A DNA stretch of 64,000 nt from Schizochytrium sp. TIO01 (Eukaryota > Protista > Bigyra: Labyrinthulomycetes), in NCBI GenBank assembly GCA_004764695.1, contig SMSO01000032.1, positions 248,001 to 312,000 on the forward strand. Direction: 5' to 3'. Shown one piece after another: positions 35,401 through 43,630 of the stretch (positions within the stretch are counted from its first letter, which is position 1; every line of letters starts with the position of its first letter). Position numbers and translations under genes: made by a program. The notes under the pieces are model-generated. The model was not told where the DNA came from, did not search any database, and saw only the letters and a program-made list of their open reading frames with translations.

Positions 35401-35827
35401 AAGAAGCAATGTGAGCTTCATCCCGCCTTGTGCCATGTCCTACATGGCTCTGCATCCGATTTGGATGAAATGTGCCTTGTGAATCGGAAAAATTTGATTC
35501 CACTCCAGACAGTGGCTCTGTTATCTCGTTCCCTGAAGATGAACTCGGTGCTGCTGTCTTTGGTTCGGTAGTTGACAATTTTGTTGATGCTAGTCTGGGG
35601 CTATCTTTAGGTTGACTTTGCAGGGAAAGTATGTTTCCTTGGTTTTGACGATCATGAAAGCTCAAATTCCACGCCGCAGGATCATTTTCGTGAAGATCAG
35701 CTGCATTGTGTTTTTGAACCCGGCGTCTGCGATTTCTCTCACGAGCATACTCGCGCAGAAGCTCTCCTTTATACTGTTCAAAAGCCGCGAAGACAGAGTT
35801 TAGCTCTAGCCGCTCCGTTTCGATCAT
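32432..35827 (-). CDS. VPS9-domain (Rab5-family GEF-like) protein with C-terminal RCC1 repeats
   Basis: VPS9 motifs TPLEKLLCL, LTTDDLLDQLIYV, LGYNLANVEVA; RCC1 repeats VACGENH, WGDNRDGQVG, VACGARHS, WGRGTCGRLG, LAAGWSHS, VAAGFAHS, VDCGRYHT. First ATG at 35827; an upstream exon is not excluded. Confidence 0.85.
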   Translation of the reverse strand: MIETERLELNSVFAAFEQYKGELLREYARERNRRRRVQKHNAADLHENDPAAWNLSFHDRQNQGNILSLQSQPKDSPRLASTKLSTTEPKTAAPSSSSGNEITEPLSGVESNFSDSQGTFHPNRMQSHVGHGTRRDEAHIASLLDDDEDLVLEEGTTVLLCIPQELSLRTRPSISDVRSHLLVAAEELRGDFVTVDGRQVIIKGNQVFVGSQDAGSIGDHWAHVRPAWRERMVYVLYSESVETTQKAPTGEEIKISLKIMHIDRPLRGGCASPCTLSGMTLHQIGKYLGVLRSYPEHEIIFEELDEVVAAVLEAWDNEQVDAQFLENVQRLVKGWIRTSSTSLIFTSSSFAPLHRNKGAVQLITSKRERQSLQTQVRRHMLQVEQALEGYVMAQLHDQSMAQLRKLFVNEDAKLSNEAAVLRSRGLNQQDLGMRPEYQCPQNAAIEHLRTLSSRITPLEKLLCLETVVSYINAAVEDNIRRHFVDVSAFQLTTDDLLDQLIYVMVWAEDLEGLMAQIYFMRAFHTMNVNTTSLGYNLANVEVAALWITSHGRDLAATVAERVCESLQPAGPPISRAYRADGDFSQLYLVVDAQNSSREVMLALQGSVGERRRPAVTWQEPDLLENIQQFAASKFSPGVHCWIGRSGRVRVSTGMHHSLLSRQRFCRVACGENHMLAVNYAGQLFAWGDNRDGQVGVGAREERCTSPMWVEFPDQSHSSDNDGRQVVVEVACGARHSLVLTAEQEVWSWGRGTCGRLGLGSRIDKQYLPARVERLSKERIESLAAGWSHSMAVSELGTAFVWGCGGEGRLGLGTVADAYEPKPVNLYGRMVSSVAAGFAHSCFLLRDGTLLACGSAAFGQLGCGKDVLSRDVLATTIHEGSSPSNPHSSTAKESSTNRSVSPRLHDPDASEGSLLQMVHDLLSSKPGTRDRDSSSFRMRGRFSRGSSKTSGSKQTTSSSTQQWQQQEQQQGQQQGQQHGLASNNIDGVQGDQNSSIRKKPRLHRRAGSVGIVEFDQQRAPLRKPFERSEGSDRGDKNPLILRSTDHSASSLVPQLVPNLDKRIVSVDCGRYHTAVVTERNEVLIWGFDEQDDIIIPEPALLRNILPGAAEQVVCGAGTTFICFSQEVITSSI

Positions 35828-37149
35828 CTTCTTCACTTCCAGCGAAGATAACAATACAACCCTATGAAGGGCCGCAAATTATAGTGCTCGCCCTCTGTAG
35901 TTCTGGATCACCAGATATGTGTTCAAAAGATCCACTTTTGTAGAACTGCTTTCCAAGTGGGCCTAAGAAGAGGCCCAAGGTCACCGAGCAGACGTCATTG
36001 AGGATTCTGTTTATTATCCATTATGTTACTAATCAGTACCTACCTTCTATCGCCTCCGTAGATACTGTTAAGTACTAATGGACAAATCTACCGAGATGGA
36101 ACGATTTCGTACTTTGGCGTTTTCGTTTGGATGATGAACTAGACATGTATTGAGGACCCTGTGCGATGGCTTTACAAAAACATATGTTTGTCTGACATTT
36201 GAGAAGCTGTACGAAGTCAGCAAAAAGTAGAAGATATATAAGAAAGAAAGGTTAGTCATGTTGGTTTCTCACACAAAGATCCGAAATATCGTGTTTACTT
36301 GACGAATACCTGATTGATGGATGTACGAATACCTCCCCTCCCCCCCTCTTTGTTAAAAGAATCAAAGACAAGAATCAACCTATGTTGAATGCAGCTACGA
36401 ATGCAACTTTATATTGATTGTTTCAAGCCATCAAATCTCGGCGAGATGGGGAATCTTAGGTTAATAAACACTTAGCTTCGTACGTGGGACTGATATAGTT
36501 TGCTATATTTCCTTAGATTGAATTTCTACATTTTTCTTATTGAGAAAAGCATTCCGAACCAGCATGAAGCAGTAGAAACAACCGAGATCCCATGTCATTG
36601 CCAGAAAACTCATACATGCTATATTTTAAATTATGTATATAGATCATTTTTCCGAATGAACCCTCTAGCTCAACTGGAGTGCAGCAAACATTCCTGGAAA
36701 AATTTCTAATGTTTTATGAGCTTATTTGCTTTGCCAATGCTTCATTCATTTCTTACAGTAAAGTAAAGGATAAAAGATAAAGGGGTTATGAGCCTGCTAC
36801 CATAAATTTATCTTCTTTTTCATATTGATCCGTTGGGTTCACCGTCGATAGACATACTTTACAGCATAAAGGAGAACAATATTGCCTAGCAAATAGAATT
36901 TAGCACCGTTCTAAGTATGCTAAGCTCCCTTTATTCCAAGGTTTCAAATGTTATCACACCCTGAGCAACTTTAGATCCATTGCATAGGCACAAAGTAATA
37001 TATGTGTATATGTAGTAGCGTTAATTTCTTGATGTGTGCGATCGTTCTATACTTTTGTAGGACACGGCAAGTCTAACTCACTTGGTGGACGGGGCAATCG
37101 TCGATGGCAGAATTGCGTTGATCAATTTGGTGTAGCTTTACTGTCCACT

Positions 37150-39111
37150 ATGTCAGAAAGATCAAGTGAGCAAGCCAGCGATCCACATGCGAAGGATGGG
37201 GTAAACGAGAACAATGACGAGATTGAAAATCACATTCCTGAAAATACTCCTGCGTCAGAAAACAAGTCAGAGGACGCAACAAACACCAGCGCGAGGGCGG
37301 AAGAAGAGCAAGCACAATTTGAAAGCGATAGACAGGTTCAAAGTAACGTTGATCTTAAAGAAGAGGAAAGTGACAACTCTGGGCAAGATCCGCCAGTACA
37401 GGAAACATCCAATGCTGAGACATTAAGCCGCAACGTTCACAACGACGGCGAAAGTAAAGCTAACGCAGACGCCGAAGCCTTTTTAAAGGAGTCTAACATT
37501 GATGTCAAAGAGAGAACACAAGAGGGTGACATTGCCGGTACCGACACGTCCAATAAAGAGGAAGTGAGTGCAAAGAAGGCTCCAATAGAAGAACAGCAAG
37601 AAGCTACTGGTCCGGAAGCATCCCAAGAAACTCATTCCAGAAACGATACTGAGCAAGTACAAAATGCTGTGGAGGAGAGCAAATCTGCTACAGCAGGAGA
37701 TGACTTGAACGAACCTGAAGATATTAACAGCAGCAACAACGAATCAAAATTCTCGGATCGAGATGAGGAAGAAGCAAAGTCTGATATTAGAAACGAGGAA
37801 GAATCAGTCAAACCTGTCGAATCAAAAACTGTAGATCAAGATGAAGATAAGTATGTTGATGAAGATGAATCTAAAATCGAGAGCGCCCGTAAGAGCTCGC
37901 GAGAAGCTGAAGACAATGGCACAGAGGAAGAGGCTGTAAAAGATGAAGCAGAAGAATCAAAGTATGAATCTTCTCCCAGGTCACGTTTCTCACGCGAGGA
38001 AGGTCTAAGTAGCTATCGGAGCCGAGAAGAAACCAAAGAGATCGAAGCAAGCATGGAGGAGGAATATGATGATGCAGACTTTGAAGGAGAATCTAAAGTT
38101 ATCGAAGATGAATCAAAAAGTGTAGAAATCCCAATTCTTAAGAGACCAAACGATATCGAGATACGGGACTCTTCTGAGAGCCATAAGAAATCGACTTCAC
38201 GTAAAGATAGCAATACAACAGCCAAAACGAGTATCAAGCCTTCCCCGCGCAGCACGGGGTCTTCGTCATCGGGGCCTAAAATTCCAAAAAGGACAAGTCA
38301 AAGCGGAGCTCCCAAACCAGCAAAATCATCTGTTTCATCGAGCATGAATAGTTCTAGATCTCGCGAGCCATCAACTCCCATGAGCAATGGACTACTTGCA
38401 ACTGACCGGTCTTCCGATCGGCCATATGACGAAAGGAATATGTCCGAGATCCAGCTAGAACTTCGCAAAGAGAAGAAATTAAGACGCTCACTAGAAGATG
38501 ACATCAAGCTTCTAAAGAATCGATTACAACATTTAAAGAGCGAGCACGACTCGACCCAACGGAAAATTGCGGAAACCAGAACAAGAGTTCAGCAGATTCG
38601 AGAGCAGAGAAGTGACCGCATGGAACGGTCTCAGTTTCTTCAAGATCGAAAAGAAAGCCATGCCTCGCTTGTAGTTCAGGATACTGAGAAGAACAACCGA
38701 TTGCGAGATGAAGCACGAAAAAAGCGAGAACATGCTTTTAGGCAGCAGCTTGTACAAAAGAAAACTCTCACGCAGCATTATCAAGAACAGAAACATCGCA
38801 TGCTTGCAGAGAAAAAGAAGCTCGAGGCAGAATGGCAGCGAGAGAAAGAAGAAAAACGAAAGGAACGGCTACAACAGGTACAGAGGAAACGTGAGGAGCA
38901 ACAACGCCGTGAAGCTGAGTTTCAACGGCAGCGACAAGTAGAAAAGGCCCGGCAACTTGCCCGCGAGGCGAAGCGAGTTCGTGAAAAGGAGGAAGAGGTT
39001 CGTCAATTGGAAGAATTAGAAAGAAAGCTTATTGAAGAATTACGTGCAGCACACCGAGAGCAGCAAGGCGCATATCAGAGCTTAGAGGAGTCCCTTACTT
39101 TGCCCACTTAA
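37150..39111 (+). CDS. Acidic disordered N-terminal half plus C-terminal charged coiled-coil, function unknown
   Basis: About 650-aa ORF from ATG 37150; E/D/S-rich region, then LKNRLQHLKSE... and an E/K/R/Q helix ending AYQSLEESL. Confidence 0.8.
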   Translation: MSERSSEQASDPHAKDGVNENNDEIENHIPENTPASENKSEDATNTSARAEEEQAQFESDRQVQSNVDLKEEESDNSGQDPPVQETSNAETLSRNVHNDGESKANADAEAFLKESNIDVKERTQEGDIAGTDTSNKEEVSAKKAPIEEQQEATGPEASQETHSRNDTEQVQNAVEESKSATAGDDLNEPEDINSSNNESKFSDRDEEEAKSDIRNEEESVKPVESKTVDQDEDKYVDEDESKIESARKSSREAEDNGTEEEAVKDEAEESKYESSPRSRFSREEGLSSYRSREETKEIEASMEEEYDDADFEGESKVIEDESKSVEIPILKRPNDIEIRDSSESHKKSTSRKDSNTTAKTSIKPSPRSTGSSSSGPKIPKRTSQSGAPKPAKSSVSSSMNSSRSREPSTPMSNGLLATDRSSDRPYDERNMSEIQLELRKEKKLRRSLEDDIKLLKNRLQHLKSEHDSTQRKIAETRTRVQQIREQRSDRMERSQFLQDRKESHASLVVQDTEKNNRLRDEARKKREHAFRQQLVQKKTLTQHYQEQKHRMLAEKKKLEAEWQREKEEKRKERLQQVQRKREEQQRREAEFQRQRQVEKARQLAREAKRVREKEEEVRQLEELERKLIEELRAAHREQQGAYQSLEESLTLPT

Positions 39112-42100
39112 AAACCATAACTTTATATAGTTGAATTGCTTCCCATTCTGCTTGTGACAGAGGTGGACGACCTTGTGTTTTGAGGCCTACAACAGCCATG
39201 GAGTGCAGCATAGATTCATATTCATGGCACTTTGAGGCAACGAAGGAGGAGAGATTCTGCGATACGATCATTTCTAGCCCATGTTTAGCGGCCATTGCCT
39301 TGATGCGTGTCTCTGGGACGATAAACTCTTCACAGTCTTGTACAGCGTCCCCGAGTGAGAAAGAGTACGCGCTACCAAATGCAAGGTCTGCTGCGTCCTC
39401 TGGAAGCTCCTCACGGAACTTTACCGAGCATACATCATTGCTAAAGCTTGGACGACGGGCATGTAAGATGTCGGCATCCGTGGTAGACATGAGCAACAGC
39501 GGCTCAAAGTCTTGTTCACCGTCTCCATGTTTGCGAAGAGCTTGTTCACAAATTGTAAAAAATCGTTCACAGCGTGCCTCATCACTGCACAGATAATGAA
39601 AGGCAAACTGTACACTAATCACATCAAACGAGCGACCCTTGATTGCTTCGTTCTCCAGCAATGCCAAGTCTGAAATGTCAGATTCTACAAACACGTGCGT
39701 TTGGCCTTGGGCACGGGAACGCGCTTCCACAAGAGCAACGCTGGCAATATCTACGCCAACGTAAGATTCAATTTGTGACGCACTGGCTCGCCACTTGTTT
39801 AGATCGCCACCACGCCCGCAAGCCAAATCAAGAATGCTCATAGGGCGGCTCTGTTTAGCTTGAGAACGCTCTGCGCCACGGATAGCTTCCCGAATTGCTT
39901 TAAATGACATAGGTGGATGCTTCGAAGGTTTCAACTCACCCGGAATCGCAGGCAAAGTATCCACCTTGCTCTGACCCACATCAAGAGGCGTAAGTTTGCC
40001 CATGCAGCATTCATGAATAAGCACGGCCTTCGACCAGTTATTCAGCTTGCGCAAATTCTCGATACCGGCATCAAGTTGACCCTTACCCTTGCTGTTACGC
40101 TCAGTCTGGCGCTCATTGTAGTGAGCTGCGACAGCATCAGAGCCTTCCAGCATGCCTGAAGGATGTTGGTGCACAAGATCTTTGAGGCGTAAGATCAGAC
40201 TATCTACGGATACATTTTCGGCCACAGACTCAAGAACAGTCCAGCCGGTACGAAGTGAGTTCGGCCGAACCTTATCTACACGAGCCCGCTGACCGCGCCA
40301 GCACCCAGACTGTGTATCAAATCTACACTCAACGATGCTGCTTGCCGGCCCGCGGCCACCACGACTCTTAGTATTTTTGCTGCATGCTTGTCTCAGGGTG
40401 TCGTCCATCTCTGCCTCAGCAAGCTCCACATCAGCCATGCCTGAGCGTCCATTCACGGTCACATGCTCCATGAGAAAAATGGGAACTCGGGGTTTGTTCA
40501 GGTCACGCGCAAAAACACGAAAATCTACGGTCAAGTCATGGACAGGTTTGTATTTCACAACCGTGTATTCATAATAATTCTTTCCTGCAGGGGTGAATAC
40601 AAGGCCATCGCACTGGATTGCACCAATGTGGTCATACGTATATTCCTTGGCGGCGGAGCGCAAAGTTTGGACAGAGTCCACATCAACGAATTTCTTGTCA
40701 ACGAGATAAAAGCTGCCAATCTGAGCCAGATCGCCACGAAATTCTTGCCATGCCGTCATTCGTTTACGCAAGTCTGGGACAGCACCAACATCTTCCTCCC
40801 CGATACGAACTGCATCAAAAACGAGATACCCGTTTTGCGCAACAACTTCGCCATCGAGAAGAAGCCAATCTTTATCCCCGAGATCCTCTTTTGGCAATGT
40901 TCCAACAAACTGGAAAGTCCACGAGCGATCCACGAGGAAACATTCGCGCCCAGGGCCCGGAAAGCCAATCAACATGTGTCGCACTCCATCAGACTTTTCG
41001 CACACAACCCAGCGTTTATGCTCACGCCCAATATCATTGAGCTTCGAGAGGCGGAAAGGCTCGGCGCGTGGGCCAGGAATGTCTCGGTGGTTCATATAAA
41101 ACTTCACATTACGGTCGGGGCAGTTCCGCTTCATCACCTCACTTGAGGTGAAGAGAGTAGCCACACGGTCTCGTAAATACAGCTGCTGAATCGTGTCCAA
41201 ACTTGGCAATCTCTCCATAGAGCCTCGGCGTGCTTGTCCAGCATACTGGTCGAGAGCGACGCAGAATGCGCCCTTGGGATCAAGAATGGAGTCACTGTTG
41301 TCATTCGTATCAAAATCCGGAACAAGAACACACGTGCTCATCGGGTTACGCTCAAACTTCTCAGCATGGTTATCCAAGAGGAGCGTGTTCGAGGCATCAA
41401 AGCGGTCCCCAAACTTTTCCCAAATGTTGCCCAAGTCTTTTAAAAACAAGGGTTTTTCCACGGACACTACAGAAGTACGAGGCCACTCGTTTGAGGAGTT
41501 CTCTTGGTCCCACTGGAACAGAACACGATCTGGGTACGCCTGAAAGAGCTCCATCTCCATGTTCTTGCGTTTGCCGCAGGACCATACGCCCACATGAAAT
41601 CGCTCCATGCAAAAGTGAATAAATTCATCGCAGAAGGGCCGGCGAGCAAAGCTTGCACGGGGACCACCACGCCCGCGTTCTTTGAAGTTCGGGCGGTTCA
41701 CAAGGACACCATTCAGGTCCAAGATGATAAGCGGTGCATCGGACTCTGGCTCTCGCGAAAGATTCCAGCGCAACACAGGAAGGCCATTTGGGAGAACCTT
41801 TGTCACAGTCACAGTTTTGAGCGATTGTACGGCTCCGGAACCTCTCCAGAGCTCAATGTTCTCCACAAGACCATAGGTGTTTGCTTTGATCTCCACAAGA
41901 GTACCCCCTTGGCCCACTTCCACAACCTTGACATTCGCGAACTCTTGGCCAACCTCAATGCCGGCTTGAGATTGCTGCTGAGCGAAATCTCTCTGCACAA
42001 AACTCACAAAACCAGCCTGTGAGGAAGCTGTCGATGAAGGAGATGCTCCACGACGCGAGTTGTTCCCGCGATCAAAGCGTGAGTTTCCACCACCACCACC

Positions 42101-42445
42101 ATTGTTGTTGTTGCCATTGTTGTTATTGTTGCCGCCATTGTTGCCAACTGTCTGCCAGCTTCCATTGCCGCCAAAGTTGCCACGATCGAAGCGCGAATTG
42201 CCACGATTATTGCCAAAATTGCCATTGTTGTTGTTGCTGCTGCTGCTACTGCTGCTGTTGTTATTGTTGTTGTTGTTGTTGCTGCTGCTGCTATTATTGT
42301 TGTTATTGTTGCTGTTGCTGCCGCCGCTGTTGTTGTTGTTGTTATTGTTGTGGCGTCCACGGCTGCCTCCACCGCGTCCATTTCTGCCTCCACCGCGTCC
42401 GGCGCCGCCGGCGCCGCCGTCGTTGTCGCGTCTGCGCCAGTCCAT
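39095..42445 (-). CDS. Multidomain mRNA capping enzyme: N/G/RGG-rich tail, S1-like, FCP1/NIF-type HAD phosphatase, RNA guanylyltransferase with OB fold, cap guanine-N7 methyltransferase
   Basis: GTase motifs I CEKSDG (KSDG at 40996-40985), III LLDGEV, IIIa YLVFDA, IV DGLVFTP, V KYKP..TVDF, VI RVDK.RPN. MTase VAAHYN, LRKLNNWSKAVLI, ILDLACGRGGDLNKW, GVDIA, FDVISVQFAFHY. HAD IILDLNGVL, RRPFCDEF, GVWS, KDL, TLLLDN..EK. Confidence 0.92.
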   Translation of the reverse strand: MDWRRRDNDGGAGGAGRGGGRNGRGGGSRGRHNNNNNNNSGGSNSNNNNNNSSSSNNNNNNNNSSSSSSSNNNNGNFGNNRGNSRFDRGNFGGNGSWQTVGNNGGNNNNNGNNNNGGGGGNSRFDRGNNSRRGASPSSTASSQAGFVSFVQRDFAQQQSQAGIEVGQEFANVKVVEVGQGGTLVEIKANTYGLVENIELWRGSGAVQSLKTVTVTKVLPNGLPVLRWNLSREPESDAPLIILDLNGVLVNRPNFKERGRGGPRASFARRPFCDEFIHFCMERFHVGVWSCGKRKNMEMELFQAYPDRVLFQWDQENSSNEWPRTSVVSVEKPLFLKDLGNIWEKFGDRFDASNTLLLDNHAEKFERNPMSTCVLVPDFDTNDNSDSILDPKGAFCVALDQYAGQARRGSMERLPSLDTIQQLYLRDRVATLFTSSEVMKRNCPDRNVKFYMNHRDIPGPRAEPFRLSKLNDIGREHKRWVVCEKSDGVRHMLIGFPGPGRECFLVDRSWTFQFVGTLPKEDLGDKDWLLLDGEVVAQNGYLVFDAVRIGEEDVGAVPDLRKRMTAWQEFRGDLAQIGSFYLVDKKFVDVDSVQTLRSAAKEYTYDHIGAIQCDGLVFTPAGKNYYEYTVVKYKPVHDLTVDFRVFARDLNKPRVPIFLMEHVTVNGRSGMADVELAEAEMDDTLRQACSKNTKSRGGRGPASSIVECRFDTQSGCWRGQRARVDKVRPNSLRTGWTVLESVAENVSVDSLILRLKDLVHQHPSGMLEGSDAVAAHYNERQTERNSKGKGQLDAGIENLRKLNNWSKAVLIHECCMGKLTPLDVGQSKVDTLPAIPGELKPSKHPPMSFKAIREAIRGAERSQAKQSRPMSILDLACGRGGDLNKWRASASQIESYVGVDIASVALVEARSRAQGQTHVFVESDISDLALLENEAIKGRSFDVISVQFAFHYLCSDEARCERFFTICEQALRKHGDGEQDFEPLLLMSTTDADILHARRPSFSNDVCSVKFREELPEDAADLAFGSAYSFSLGDAVQDCEEFIVPETRIKAMAAKHGLEMIVSQNLSSFVASKCHEYESMLHSMAVVGLKTQGRPPLSQAEWEAIQLYKVMVFKWAK
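42090..42350. repeat. Coding trinucleotide repeats (AAC/AAT/AGC on the minus strand) encoding poly-Asn/Ser
   Basis: Read directly; lies in the N-terminal low-complexity tail of the capping enzyme. Confidence 0.9.
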
Positions 42446-43630
42446 GGCTGCGAGTCGCTTTGGGTCCCGCCGCGCCGCAAACGAGGCCGAGAGGAGCGGA
42501 TCTCCCGCACCTGCACCAAGCTGATTGCGGTCTGCTGTCTCTTCTTTCGCTCGCTCCCTGTTACTGTCTCAGTGCCAAATCAATCAATTGATTCATTGAT
42601 TTCTTTCGATTTCTTTTGATTTCTTTCTTTTTGTCCATGTCTTTGATTCATTGACTTCTTTGATTCTTTCTCTTTCCTCTTTTCAATGTTATCAAGAGAT
42701 AACAATCGGCCGCGCTCTTACGATCTCGTCTCCACTCCAATTCCTTCAGTGCCATTGCGCTTTAGCCTACTTGTGAGGCAGAATACTCTACTGTATCTCA
42801 GTGAACTCCCATTCAGTGGGCTCACGGAAAGTGGGTTATAGCGCACCTGCATGGAACAGTGGAGGAATGGGATTAATCTTGTGCTAGACTCGCCGCGGGA
42901 GTGAGAATTTAGATGAGCCGCGATCTGTACGTCGTTGTTCATTGTACTAGGTACCCACCTACTCTCCTCATGCTCAAGCTTTCTGAGCCAGCATAGATGG
43001 TCATGAACCCAAGCAGTGAAGCGATTGCGTTGAAGAGAATTAGCGCAACTAAAAGCTGAATGAATGAGAAGATTTTGTAAATTGCACCTAATGAATATGG
43101 AACTTAAACGTTTGAGGGGATCTCTACTACAGCAACATTGCTGAGTCTTCGCTTGGGACGGCGACTAAGGACGGAGAAAGATGACGCACGTACGCAGGAA
43201 TCAAGTGAAGTGGTAGGCACTTATGGCAAAGAGCATACATAGGTGATTGACCGCGTTGCAGAAAAGCAATGAGAGTGTCTGTGCTTCAGTGATTGTCATG
43301 TTTTACTCAAGGTCAACTAATTTGCCGCCATTTTTTGCCTACTAGATGCAATGAAGTGATCCATTTTCATCAAGGTTTTGTTTATCGCTAAAACTGAGCC
43401 GTACCGAGCCGTCCAGAATCATTAGCTGACCTTGTAAGCTAGCCTCCATCGAAGGTTGCTCTTTCCTGCGAGATATATAGAGAAATATTCTACTACCCAA
43501 GCCAACATGAAGTCGAAGTTGGTAAGTTTGCGTTTGCACGTCGGGAATGCTCACAAAAAGAACTTTTCAATCTGTGATGATCATCATAAATTACACTACC
43601 AATATACTTTTCATTATGATGTTGAAATAA

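Noticed and set aside
39095-42445. Endogenous giant-virus origin for the fused capping enzyme
   Set aside because: No flanking viral genes or compositional break, no TTM triphosphatase, and a typical eukaryotic low-complexity tail. Phylogeny would be needed to exclude it fully.
42004-42619. Poly-Cys, poly-Leu and poly-Thr ORFs
   Set aside because: Alternative-frame or antisense readings of the poly-Asn/Ser codon repeats in the capping enzyme.
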